A stretch of DNA of 64,000 nucleotides from Clostridia bacterium (GTDB lineage: Bacteria; Bacillota; Clostridia; Oscillospirales; CAG-272): assembly GCA_017621655.1 (NCBI GenBank), contig JAGASS010000029.1, forward strand, positions 6,477-70,476. The letters are read 5' to 3'. The position numbers were made by a program, and so were the translations under genes. How positions within the stretch are numbered: the stretch's first letter is position 1; each line of letters opens with the position of its first letter. Shown one piece after another: positions 26,033 to 34,989 of this stretch. The notes beneath the pieces are model-generated. The model searched no databases. It was given only the letters and a program-made list of their open reading frames with translations, and was not told the origin of the DNA.

Positions 26033-27535
26033 ATGAAAACATGGATGACTCACGGATTTGATAAGATAATCGTTGATATGCCCGCACCCGAAAAGCTTGA
26101 TAAGGAGCTTGCTCTTTATCTTACAAAGGGCGGCAAGGGCAGCTGCCAGATCGTTGTAAATAACGATGCTGACACTAAGGTTTCCCTTAAAATGAACCTG
26201 GCTTCGGGCGTTGAATGTAAGGCGTTTACCCTTGACCACGTTCACGAGATCGAAGGACATCTTTATACCGACCCCGTCGTTCCTTACGATGGCGAGCTTA
26301 TGGACGTTAAGGCGGGAATCTCGCTTCCTTTCCTTCTTGACGTAAAGGCGGAAAATGCAGGTGATACTGCTGTTACTTTCGACCTTCTCGACGCAGACGG
26401 CAAGGTGATAGATACCTTTACTCTCACCCTTCACGTATGGAGCTTTGCGCTTCCGACCGAGAAGAGCTTTGCAACCTCTGTCGGTATAAACAGATGGCAT
26501 ATCGGACGCTTCGATTCCGCCCCCGACGCACACAAGGCGTACTACGATCTTCTTCTCGAGGACAACATCTGCGGTCATACGATCCCTTACGACCTTCTCG
26601 ACGAGAGAGCCGATGCCTATATGTCCGACCCGAACGTGACCTCGTTCGTTATCGGTCTTTGGGAAGCAGGCGGCTGGGACGATGAGAGAGTCCTTAAGTA
26701 TTATAATAAGATCAAGAGCAATCCCGTTTGGTTCAAAAAGGCAATGTTCTACGTTATCGACGAGCCCTCTACCGAGGAAGCACTCGAAAAATATCACGCT
26801 CTTTGCGCTCGCTTTGCACGTCTTTGCCCGGGCATCGGCGTGATCTCGCCCTTCTATACGAACAATCAGATGGGCGAAAAGAAGGACCAGGTAGACGCTA
26901 TGGAGGACTGCACCACTCTTTGGTGCCCGAAGCTTTGTCTTTGGGACGAGGATCAGTCCTATACTCCTTTCCTTGATTACACCCCCGAAAAGAGCTTTGG
27001 AGAGCGATTCAAGGATTTCCAAAAGCGTGGAGATACCGTTTGGGCTTACGTTTGCAACGCACCGCTCACGCCTTACGCACAGCTCTTTATAGATACCGAC
27101 GGTCTTGTGCAGAGACTTATGATGTGGCAGCACTATCAGAAAGAGGTTTCCGGCTTCCTGTACTGGGGAACTACCTCGTGGGGCTACCACGGAAATGACG
27201 GCGTGAATCCTTGGGAAACCCCGTATAACGGCGTCAGAGGATGTAACCCCGGCGAGGAGGCAAATGCCGAGCCCATTTGCGGTGAGGGCTTCCTTCTTTA
27301 TCCCGGCTCGGTTATCGGACGTGAGGGCGCTATCGGTTCTATCAGAATGAAGATCCTCCGCGATGCTCTTGACGATATCGAGCTTCTCGCTCTTGCTGAG
27401 AAGTATCTCGGCAAGGAATGGGTAATGGCAAAGGTCAATGAGGCAACTCCTACGCTCACCACCTATACTACCCCTGAAAGATTTATTGAGATCAGAAAAG
27501 AGATCGGAGACGCTATCGAGGCGTTAGCAAAGTAA
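26033..27535 (+). CDS. DUF4091/GH123-like glycoside hydrolase P6, no signal peptide
   Basis: 500 aa. Starts MKTWMTHGFDKIIVDMPAPEKLDKE. Motifs YVIDEPS and WCPKLCLWDE. Confidence 0.6.
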   Translation: MKTWMTHGFDKIIVDMPAPEKLDKELALYLTKGGKGSCQIVVNNDADTKVSLKMNLASGVECKAFTLDHVHEIEGHLYTDPVVPYDGELMDVKAGISLPFLLDVKAENAGDTAVTFDLLDADGKVIDTFTLTLHVWSFALPTEKSFATSVGINRWHIGRFDSAPDAHKAYYDLLLEDNICGHTIPYDLLDERADAYMSDPNVTSFVIGLWEAGGWDDERVLKYYNKIKSNPVWFKKAMFYVIDEPSTEEALEKYHALCARFARLCPGIGVISPFYTNNQMGEKKDQVDAMEDCTTLWCPKLCLWDEDQSYTPFLDYTPEKSFGERFKDFQKRGDTVWAYVCNAPLTPYAQLFIDTDGLVQRLMMWQHYQKEVSGFLYWGTTSWGYHGNDGVNPWETPYNGVRGCNPGEEANAEPICGEGFLLYPGSVIGREGAIGSIRMKILRDALDDIELLALAEKYLGKEWVMAKVNEATPTLTTYTTPERFIEIRKEIGDAIEALAK

Positions 27536-27563
27536 TTAGTGCTTACATAAAGAGGTGATTACT

Positions 27564-29063
27564 GTGAAAACATGGATGACTCACGGATTTGATAAGATAA
27601 TCGTTGATATGCCTGCACCCGAGAAGCTCGATAAGGAGTACGCTCTTTATCTTACAAAGGGCGGTAAGGGTACCTGCCAGATCGTTGTAAATAACGAAGC
27701 TGACACCAAGGTTTCTCTTAAGGCGAATCTTGCTTCGGGCGTTGAGTGCAACGTATATTCGCTCGACCATTCCTGCAAGATAAATGACGGACATCTCCAT
27801 TCCGATCCGCTTGTTCCGTATGACGGACAGGTGATGGACGTAAAGGCAGGCATCTCACTTCCGTTCCTTCTTGACGTAAAGGCGGATAATGCAGGTGACG
27901 AAAGCGTTACGTTTGACATCCTCGACGCTGAGGGTAAGGTTATAGATACTTTTACTCTGAATCTTCACGTTTGGAGTTTTGCGCTTCCTCGTGAAAAGGC
28001 GTTTGCTACCTCTGCAGGTATAAACAGAGGCGCAATTGCCGGCTTTGATACCGATCCCGAGGCACACAAGGCGTACTACGATCTTCTTCTCGAAAATAAT
28101 ATCTGCGGTCATTCTCTTCCTTACGATATTCTTGACGAGAGAGCAGACGCATATATGTCCGATCCCAACGTGTCGTCCTTTGTTATCGGACTTTGGGAAG
28201 CTAAAAACTGGACCGACGAAAAGATAACTCAGTACTATAATAAGGTTGCAAGCAATCCCGAATGGCTCAAAAAGGCGATGATCTACGTTATCGACGAGCC
28301 GTCTACCGAGGAAGCTCTTGCAAAATATCATGATATCTGCGCAAGATTTGCGCGTCTGACTCCGGGAATCGGTGTAATTTCCCCCTTCTATACCAATAAG
28401 CAGATGGGCGAAAGAATGGACCAGGTAGACGCTATGGCGGACTGCACGACGCTCTGGTGTCCTAAGCTTAATCTTTGGGACGAGAGCGAATCATATACTC
28501 CTTTCCTTGACTACACTCCCGAAAAGTCCTTCGGTCAGAGATTCAAGGAGTTCCAGGAAAGAGGAGATACCGTTTGGTCCTACGTTTGTAACAACCCGAT
28601 AACTCCTTACGCACAGCTCTTTATCGATACCGACGGTCTTATGCACCGCCTTATGATATGGCAGCACTATCAGCGTGAAGCAGCCGGCTTCCTATACTGG
28701 GGCACCTGCTCTTGGGGACCTTATCATAGCACAGTGGGAGACCCGATCAATCCCTGGGAAAACGTATATAACGGCGTTGGCGACGGATACGGACATCACG
28801 TTGCGGGCGAGGGCTTCCTTACCTATCCCGGCGCGCCCGTCGGACTCAAGGAACCTATGCCTTCATTAAGACTTAAGATCCTTCGCGACGCGCTTGACGA
28901 TATCGAGCTTCTTCTGCTTGCAGAGAAGTATATCGGCAAGGATTGGGTAATGGCCAAGACCTACGAGGCAACGCCTACACTTACAAGCTATACTACCCCC
29001 GAAAGATTTATAGAGATCAGAAAAGAGATCGGTGACGCGCTTGAGGCGGTACTTGCAAAGTAA
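27564..29063 (+). CDS. DUF4091/GH123-like glycoside hydrolase P7, no signal peptide
   Basis: ORF 27555..29063. A GTG at 27564, 6 nt after AGAGGTG, gives MKTWMTHGFDKIIVDMPAPEKLDKE, the same N-terminus as P6. Motif YVIDEPS. Confidence 0.6.
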   Translation: MKTWMTHGFDKIIVDMPAPEKLDKEYALYLTKGGKGTCQIVVNNEADTKVSLKANLASGVECNVYSLDHSCKINDGHLHSDPLVPYDGQVMDVKAGISLPFLLDVKADNAGDESVTFDILDAEGKVIDTFTLNLHVWSFALPREKAFATSAGINRGAIAGFDTDPEAHKAYYDLLLENNICGHSLPYDILDERADAYMSDPNVSSFVIGLWEAKNWTDEKITQYYNKVASNPEWLKKAMIYVIDEPSTEEALAKYHDICARFARLTPGIGVISPFYTNKQMGERMDQVDAMADCTTLWCPKLNLWDESESYTPFLDYTPEKSFGQRFKEFQERGDTVWSYVCNNPITPYAQLFIDTDGLMHRLMIWQHYQREAAGFLYWGTCSWGPYHSTVGDPINPWENVYNGVGDGYGHHVAGEGFLTYPGAPVGLKEPMPSLRLKILRDALDDIELLLLAEKYIGKDWVMAKTYEATPTLTSYTTPERFIEIRKEIGDALEAVLAK

Positions 29064-29070
29064 ATATATT

Positions 29071-29104
29071 AAAACGGCAATTTCTTTGAAATTGCCGTTT
29101 TTTG
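29071..29104 (+). terminator. Intrinsic terminator after P7
   Basis: AACGGCAATTTC-loop-GAAATTGCCGTT followed by TTTTT. Confidence 0.8.
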
Positions 29105-29213
29105 ATTGCTATATCTAAACGTGCAAATTATTTGTCCGAAAATATATTTACTTTTTGAAGGAGATATAGTAAAATACATACATGATTACCGGCAATTCAA
29201 CAAGGAGAAAAAT

Positions 29214-30710
29214 ATGAAAACATGGATAACTCACGGCTTTGATAAGATCGTAGCCGATATGCCTGCGCCCGAGGTGCTTAAGAAGGAGTTTTCTCTTTCA
29301 CTTACAAACGGCGGAGAGGGCGGCTGTCAGATCGCTGTAAGAAGCGAAACGGACGGCAAGATAAAGCTTAAAACGAAGTTTTGCGAGGGCGTTTCGGTAA
29401 AGCTTTATTCCGAGCATCTTACGCATGACATCAAGGGTCATAAGCATACCGACTGTATCGTTCCTTACGAGGGCGAGCTTCTTGACGTTAAGGGCGGGAT
29501 CTCTCTTCCGTTCTACATTGATTTCAAGGCGGAAAATATAGGAGACCATACTGCCGTTTTCGAACTTCTGGACGGTGACGGAAAGGTAATTGATACCTTT
29601 ACTGTGGCAATACACGTCTGGAGCTTCTCGCTTCCCGAAAATAAGACCTTTGCAACTGCCGTCTGGACTGCCGAGCGCTATATAACGAAGTTTGATACCG
29701 AAATGAAGGGCGACATTTGCGATAACTATAAGGAATACTACGACCTGCTCCTTGAGCACGGTCTGTCCTCCTACAATCTTCCTTACGACGTTCTCGATCC
29801 CCGTGCGGACGAGTATATGTCAGATCCGAGAGTTACTTCTTTCGCGATCGGCATCTGGGCGCTTGACAACCTGACCGATGAGGAGCTTAAGGAGTATTAC
29901 GATAAGCTTAAGAGCAACCCCGTCTGGCTCGACAAAGCGATGGTATATCCGCTTGACGAGCCGAGAGAGCCGCATCACCTCGTTAAGTACAGAGAGGCGT
30001 GCGAGCGCTTCATTCGCATCTGTCCCGAGATGAGCCGCGTTTCTCCCTTCTATACCAATCTTCAGGTCGGAGAGGGCAGAGACCAGGTAGACGAGATGGC
30101 GCCGACGACTAACCATTGGTGTCCGAAGCTCTGTCTTTGGGACGACAGTCAGTCATACGACGCGTTCCTTGACTATAAGCCCGAAAAGTCCTTTTGGGCC
30201 CGTATGGATGAGCTTAAGGCAAAGGGCGATAAGATGTGGTGCTACGTTTGTAACGACCCGATAACTCCCTACGCTCAGCTCTTTATAGATACTCCCGGAA
30301 ATATGCAGAAGGCGATGTTCTGGCAGATGTATCAGAGAGATATAGACGGCTTCCTCTATTGGGGAACTAACTATTGGGGCTACTGGGCAGGCGACGTCGA
30401 TCCTTGGGAAAACGTTTGCAACGGAGTCGGCGACGGACAGGGAAATCCCGTTTACGGCGAGGGCTTCCTCCTCTATCCCGGAACGAAGATCGGCAAGCCG
30501 GGTCCTCTTGCAACTACACGTCTTAAGACCATCCGCGACGCGGTAAACGATATTGAGCTGTTCAATCTCGCGGGAAAGTATCTCGGCAGAGAATGGGTAA
30601 AGGAGCGCATAAATAAGGCGACTCCCTCCCTTACCGAATACGCGTCCGACGACGTTATGGCTGAAGTCAGAGCAGAGATCGGAAACGCTCTTGAAAAGGC
30701 AATGAAATGA
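29214..30710 (+). CDS. DUF4091/GH123-like glycoside hydrolase P8, no signal peptide, separate transcription unit
   Basis: ORF 29106..30710. Start is MKTWITHGFDKIVADMPAP at 29214, after AAGGAG. Motifs YPLDEPR, WCPKLCLWDD and GEGFLLYPG. Confidence 0.6.
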   Translation: MKTWITHGFDKIVADMPAPEVLKKEFSLSLTNGGEGGCQIAVRSETDGKIKLKTKFCEGVSVKLYSEHLTHDIKGHKHTDCIVPYEGELLDVKGGISLPFYIDFKAENIGDHTAVFELLDGDGKVIDTFTVAIHVWSFSLPENKTFATAVWTAERYITKFDTEMKGDICDNYKEYYDLLLEHGLSSYNLPYDVLDPRADEYMSDPRVTSFAIGIWALDNLTDEELKEYYDKLKSNPVWLDKAMVYPLDEPREPHHLVKYREACERFIRICPEMSRVSPFYTNLQVGEGRDQVDEMAPTTNHWCPKLCLWDDSQSYDAFLDYKPEKSFWARMDELKAKGDKMWCYVCNDPITPYAQLFIDTPGNMQKAMFWQMYQRDIDGFLYWGTNYWGYWAGDVDPWENVCNGVGDGQGNPVYGEGFLLYPGTKIGKPGPLATTRLKTIRDAVNDIELFNLAGKYLGREWVKERINKATPSLTEYASDDVMAEVRAEIGNALEKAMK

Positions 30711-30713
30711 TAT

Positions 30714-30746
30714 AAGCCCACCCGAAAATCGGGTGGGCTTATTTTT
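30714..30746 (+). terminator. Intrinsic terminator after P8
   Basis: AAGCCCACCCG-AAAA-TCGGGTGGGCTT followed by ATTTTT. Confidence 0.85.
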
Positions 30747-30801
30747 ACTTAACGAAAAGGGAGAACACTTATTTACAAAGTCTTTCTTTCGGCAGGACTT
30801 T

Positions 30802-31158
30802 TTAGGTCTTTTCTTTTTGAAAAAGATAGTATAATCCCGAAAGGACGAGAAGCCCTCCGTACATTTTAGAAAGAAGCGCGTTTTTGATAAGCGACGCGGC
30901 AAGCGATCCGAGGACTGCCATCGGGATACCGCCGACGGAAATTATTGCAAACGTTTTTAAGTCGATAAGCTTGTTTTTTCGGTTGACCGCAAAAGCTCCG
31001 ACGGCTGACGAAAGGAAGAAGAGCAGATTCACGCCCTGCGCAGTTATCTGCTTCATGCCGCTGACGGCAGTAAGATAAAGGACGAATATTCCGCCACCGC
31101 CGCCGAGACCGCAAAGGATAGCGATAGCAAACGCGGCGGCAATATCGAGAATTATCAC
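30802..31158 (-). CDS. Half-size TauE/SafE (TSUP) family membrane protein
   Basis: ORF 30802..31200. The likely GTG start at 31158 (GGAAAGGG upstream) overlaps the SpoVAF-like stop as GTGA. CGLGGGGGIFVLYL...GIPMAVLGSLAA fits one 4-TM TSUP repeat. Confidence 0.55.
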   Translation of the reverse strand: MIILDIAAAFAIAILCGLGGGGGIFVLYLTAVSGMKQITAQGVNLLFFLSSAVGAFAVNRKNKLIDLKTFAIISVGGIPMAVLGSLAASLIKNALLSKMYGGLLVLSGLYYLFQKEKT

Positions 31159-32579
31159 TTCGATCCCTTTCCGCAGCAGTCGTGCTTCGATGCGCCGCAT
31201 TTCTTTTGCGGTTTTTCGTAGGTCAGTCGCTTGCGTACGAAGGTGCGTAGAAGCGCGTCACCGTTAAAGGGAATAAGGGGATAAAGATAAGAACGGCTGC
31301 CCGAAACGGTCTTGTTGAGCGCGATGGTTATAGCGGTCAGTATCAGCCCGACGACAAGCCCCCAGCCGCCGAAAAGCTCGACGGCGAGAAGTAGAAGCAT
31401 TCGTATAAACTTGAACGCGTATCCAAGCTCGTAGCTTTGCTGAGTAAAAGAGGCGATAGCGACTATCGCCATATAAAGGATCGTCTGCGGTGAGAACCAA
31501 CCTGCCTCGACGGCGTAATCACCGAGTATAAGTCCGCCGACGACCGAGAGGGAGTTGTTCAGCATATTCGGGGTGTTGAGCGACGCGAGCTTCAGTCCGT
31601 CTATCATAAATTCCGCGAGCAGAAGCTGCATTAGAAGCGGTACTGCCGCCTTATCGTCTATATCGAGAAAGTGCAGCCATTCTGGAAGCGACGTTACGTT
31701 CTTAACGCAGTAATACCATACGGGAGTGAGGACGAGCGAGAGAAGAAATATCGCCATTCGCGTAAGACGCAGATAGGTGCCGATGAGGGGCGGCAGATAA
31801 AAATCGTCTGTCTCCTGCATATAGTCGAAAATCGAGGTTGGGAGTATCATTGCCTGCGGTGTGTTGTCGCAAACGATTATTACGCTTCCTTCCTCAAGCA
31901 TTGCGGCGGCGGCATCGGGTCGCTCGGTGTAGCGCACCTTCGGAAACGGGTTGTACCAGCCACGGTGTATGAGCGCCTCCGCCAAGCTTTCTTGCGTCAT
32001 ATTTATTGCCTTGACGTTGAGATTTTTCAGCTTTTCCGCCATCGCGGAGACGAATTTTGCGTCGGCACAGCCGTCAACGTAGCAGAGCGCAACGTCGGTC
32101 TTTGCAGTTTTTCCAACCGAAAAACGTTCCATTATCAGATTCGGATCACGAAGCCGACGACGTATCATCGCGGTGTTAAAAACCAGCGACTCGGTAAATC
32201 CGTCGCGCGGACCGCGTAAAACGCGATCGTTTTCCGGCTCGTTTATTCCGCGTAGGGGGAATTTTTTGATGTCGGCAACTATTCCGCCCTTCACCCCGTC
32301 GCAGAGTATAACTCCTCTGCCCGAAAGAACAGCGTCGGTCAGTATCTCGGGGTCCTGGCTGACCGTCACGTCGTGGCAGGGAAGTGTGAAGATTGCATTT
32401 TCGCCGCCTCGACTTAGATGCTCGATAAGCTCCTCGGCAAGCTCGTTGTCGATAAGACCTGCAGTTGTAAAGAACGCCGCTTCCTTGCCGTTTGATACGA
32501 TCATCCTGCACTGTATGTCAAAGCTTTTGCTGAGATTCAGCTTGTCTTTAAGGGTAGCTAAAAGTTCAATGTATTCCAT
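31155..32579 (-). CDS. GerA-family A-subunit protein without B/C partners (SpoVAF-like)
   Basis: 474 aa. ENDRVLRGPRDGFTESLVFNTAMIRRRLRDPNL plus C-terminal TM segments. No gerAB/gerAC-type genes are adjacent. Confidence 0.75.
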   Translation of the reverse strand: MEYIELLATLKDKLNLSKSFDIQCRMIVSNGKEAAFFTTAGLIDNELAEELIEHLSRGGENAIFTLPCHDVTVSQDPEILTDAVLSGRGVILCDGVKGGIVADIKKFPLRGINEPENDRVLRGPRDGFTESLVFNTAMIRRRLRDPNLIMERFSVGKTAKTDVALCYVDGCADAKFVSAMAEKLKNLNVKAINMTQESLAEALIHRGWYNPFPKVRYTERPDAAAAMLEEGSVIIVCDNTPQAMILPTSIFDYMQETDDFYLPPLIGTYLRLTRMAIFLLSLVLTPVWYYCVKNVTSLPEWLHFLDIDDKAAVPLLMQLLLAEFMIDGLKLASLNTPNMLNNSLSVVGGLILGDYAVEAGWFSPQTILYMAIVAIASFTQQSYELGYAFKFIRMLLLLAVELFGGWGLVVGLILTAITIALNKTVSGSRSYLYPLIPFNGDALLRTFVRKRLTYEKPQKKCGASKHDCCGKGSK

Positions 32580-32635
32580 ATTGCACCTCGTTTATAGCAT
32601 TTTTTCCAATCGTAAGAAAAATATTCGTCTATAAC

Positions 32636-32664
32636 TTGACAAAGCTTTAGCACGGTGATATAAT
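32636..32664 (+). promoter_or_regulatory. Sigma-A promoter of the T-box/trpB transcript
   Basis: TTGACA (32636-32641), 17-nt spacer, TATAAT (32659-32664). Confidence 0.75.
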
Positions 32665-32669
32665 GAATA

Positions 32670-32936
32670 ACATAAACCTGAGATGAAGAGTAGTATCCGT
32701 AATATTTGTCTCAAAAGCGAGCCGCAGACGGTGTAAGTGCGGTAGAGGCGACTACGGTGAATGGACTTCGGAGGGCGGCTAATGACCGACGGAAACGTAA
32801 CCGTTAAATGCGTGCATGCTTTTTCGGTATGTTGAGTGGGCGCTAAGCGCCAAGTCACGGTGGCACCGCGGATATATGCTTTTGCTTATATTCGTCCTTG
32901 ACGGAATTATGTTTTCTGTCGGGGCGATTTTTGTTT
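32670..32936 (+). promoter_or_regulatory. T-box riboswitch leader, Trp (UGG) specifier
   Basis: GAUGAAGAGUAG S-turn region, AGCGAG bulge, and distal GGUGUAA loop. Specifier context is ACUAC-GGUGAA-UGG-A-CUUC (UGG at 32762-32764). T-box sequence GGTGGCACCGCG lies at 32859-32870. A terminator hairpin plus GATTTTTGTTTT ends near 32936. Confidence 0.8.
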
Positions 32937-33031
32937 TCCGACGGAGAGGGAGAAAGTATGTTTATTTTAGCAAGACGATGGCGGTATTTTTCTTAAAGCT
33001 TTACTATATTAACTTTTAAGGAGAATTTATT

Positions 33032-34249
33032 ATGAAATACGAAAACGTTGATTTTAATACTTATTTTAAGACTTACCCCGATAAGAACGGATACTTTGGA
33101 AAATACGGCGGCTCCTTTATCCAGCCCGAGCTTCAGGCGGCGATGGACGAGATAACCGAGGCGTATATGACTATTGCTCAGTCTAGACGCTTTATAGCAG
33201 AGCTGCGCCGTATCCGTCAGGAATTTCAGGGCAGACCTACGCCCGTATCGCATCTTGAACGCCTTTCGGGTAAGCTCGGAAACGTTCAGCTTTACGTCAA
33301 GCGCGAGGATCTGAACCATACGGGTGCGCATAAGCTCAATCACTGTATGGGTGAGGCGCTTCTTGCAAAGTATATGGGCAAGAAGAAGGTAATTGCCGAG
33401 ACGGGAGCAGGTCAGCACGGTGTTGCGCTCGCAACTGCGGCGGCTTATTTCGGACTTGAATGTGATATTTACATGGGCTCTGTTGACATAAAAAAGCAGG
33501 CGCCAAACGTTGCACGTATGAAGATACTCGGCGCAAACGTCGTCGAGGTTACTCACGGACTTAAAACCCTGAAGGAAGCAGTTGATGCCGCTTTTGAGGC
33601 GTATGCAAAGGAGTATAAGGATGCTATCTACTGTATCGGCTCGGTCCTCGGACCGCATCCGTTCCCGATGATGGTGCGCGATTTCCAAAGCGTTGTCGGC
33701 GAAGAGGCGAGAGAGCAGTTCGTTAATATGACGGGACACCTTCCCGACGCTATCGTCGCTTGCGTCGGCGGTGGCTCTAACGCGGCAGGATTCTTCTCGG
33801 GATTCTTAAACGATCCCGTTGATATTTACGGAATCGAGCCGCTTGGACGCGGCGAAAAGCTCGGAGATCACGCGGCTTCCCTTAAATACGGTACCGAGGG
33901 TATTATGCACGGCTTCAACAGTATTATGCTTAAGGACGAAAACGGCGATCCCGCGCCCGTTTATTCGGTCGCAAGCGGTCTTGACTATCCGTCGTCGGGC
34001 CCTGAGCATGCGTTCCTCCGTGACATCGGACGCGTCAAGTACGACGTTATAAACGATGAGGAGACCATCGACGCATTCTTTGAGCTTTCGCGTATGGAGG
34101 GAATCATTCCCGCTATCGAGAGCGCACACGCAGTCGCTTACGGTATAAAGCTCGCAAAGGAAATGAAGCGCGGATCTGTGCTTATCAACCTTTCGGGTCG
34201 CGGCGATAAGGATATGGACTATATCATCGAAAACTACGGTATAAGATAA
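33032..34249 (+). CDS. trpB: Tryptophan synthase beta subunit (stand-alone)
   Basis: 405 aa. [49 protein letters not shown] and GGGSNAAG. No trpA or other trp genes are adjacent. Confidence 0.85.
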   Translation: MKYENVDFNTYFKTYPDKNGYFGKYGGSFIQPELQAAMDEITEAYMTIAQSRRFIAELRRIRQEFQGRPTPVSHLERLSGKLGNVQLYVKREDLNHTGAHKLNHCMGEALLAKYMGKKKVIAETGAGQHGVALATAAAYFGLECDIYMGSVDIKKQAPNVARMKILGANVVEVTHGLKTLKEAVDAAFEAYAKEYKDAIYCIGSVLGPHPFPMMVRDFQSVVGEEAREQFVNMTGHLPDAIVACVGGGSNAAGFFSGFLNDPVDIYGIEPLGRGEKLGDHAASLKYGTEGIMHGFNSIMLKDENGDPAPVYSVASGLDYPSSGPEHAFLRDIGRVKYDVINDEETIDAFFELSRMEGIIPAIESAHAVAYGIKLAKEMKRGSVLINLSGRGDKDMDYIIENYGIR

Positions 34250-34265
34250 TTAAGGAGAGACAACT

Positions 34266-34667
34266 ATGTACTGTACAAAATGCGGAGCTAATTTTTCCGA
34301 TGACGTAAAGTTTTGCCCCAATTGCGGCGCACCCGTTCAAAATTCGAACGCCAATTATCAGGCACAGCCGCAGTATCAGAACGTTTACTATCAGTCGAAT
34401 GCCGTACCCGGTAAAGGACTTGGAATAGCATCGCTTGTATTGGGCATTTGCTCGATTTTGCTTGTCAGCAGTTATGTTGTAGGATTGGTACTTGGAATAG
34501 TCGGACTGTGTCTCGGCGTATCCTCTATAAAAAAAGCAAAAGCGGTCGGAAGGTCAAATGGCATGGCAGTAGCAGGTATAGTTTGCTCGTCTGTCGGACT
34601 TGCAATATGCGCTTTTATTGTGCTGTGGGCATTGGTTTTATTGGTTATTCTGGGCGGATTAATCTAA
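34266..34667 (+). CDS. Zinc-ribbon plus DUF4190-like membrane protein
   Basis: 133 aa. N-terminal CTKCG...CPNCG, a Q/N/Y-rich linker, and C-terminal TM segments. Confidence 0.65.
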   Translation: MYCTKCGANFSDDVKFCPNCGAPVQNSNANYQAQPQYQNVYYQSNAVPGKGLGIASLVLGICSILLVSSYVVGLVLGIVGLCLGVSSIKKAKAVGRSNGMAVAGIVCSSVGLAICAFIVLWALVLLVILGGLI

Positions 34668-34673
34668 AATCAA

Positions 34674-34707
34674 AACGCGATACTCGTTTGAGTATCGCGT
34701 TTTTTTG
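34674..34707 (+). terminator. Intrinsic terminator
   Basis: AACGCGATACTC-GTTT-GAGTATCGCGTT followed by TTTTT. Confidence 0.85.
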
Positions 34708-34713
34708 TGTCCG

Positions 34714-34975
34714 AAAACCACGCGTGAGAAGCGTGGTTCAAAAAAGGTTTACCGATGAGCAGAAATGACGCAAGTGAATGGCTCCCTCCGGGAGGGAGCT
34801 GTCACCGAAGGTGACTGAAGGAGCCATCGGGTGAGAAACGTCCGATAGAAGATATTTACAGAACCGCCCTAATGAGAAGGGCAACGCTCTATAATTCCAT
34901 TCATCGCGTGCTCCTTCCGTCTTTTTGCTTCGCAAAAATCCACCTCCCTCCCGGAGGGAGGCAAAGAAACGTTCC
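34714..34975 (+). repeat. Module B structured repeat, copy 1 (short form with 5' hairpin)
   Basis: Opening hairpin ACCACGC-GTGAGAA-GCGTGGT. The core is ATGGCTCC...GGAGCCAT enclosing two hairpins, then ATCGGGTGAGAAACGTCCGAT, GCCCTAATGAGAAGGGC, TTTGCTTCGCAAA and CCTCCCTCCCGGAGGGAGG. Confidence 0.85.
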
Positions 34976-34989
34976 CGCGGGGATATTTA

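Noticed and set aside
30153-30902. 249-aa minus-strand ORF spanning the end of P8 and its terminator
   Set aside because: It is antisense to the well-supported P8 gene, crosses a strong intrinsic terminator, and has a low-complexity translation.
32993-33739. 248-aa minus-strand ORF opposite trpB, and 32592..32858 opposite the T-box leader
   Set aside because: The opposite strand carries an unambiguous TrpB sequence and a T-box with promoter, specifier and terminator. The antisense translations have no recognisable features.
34746-34775. Hammerhead-like string CGATGAGCAGAAATGA at the 5' side of the module B copies
   Set aside because: CUGAUGA...GAAA of a hammerhead must be separated by a stem II hairpin. 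Here only 3 nt intervene and no flanking stems I/III or cleavage-site context could be drawn.
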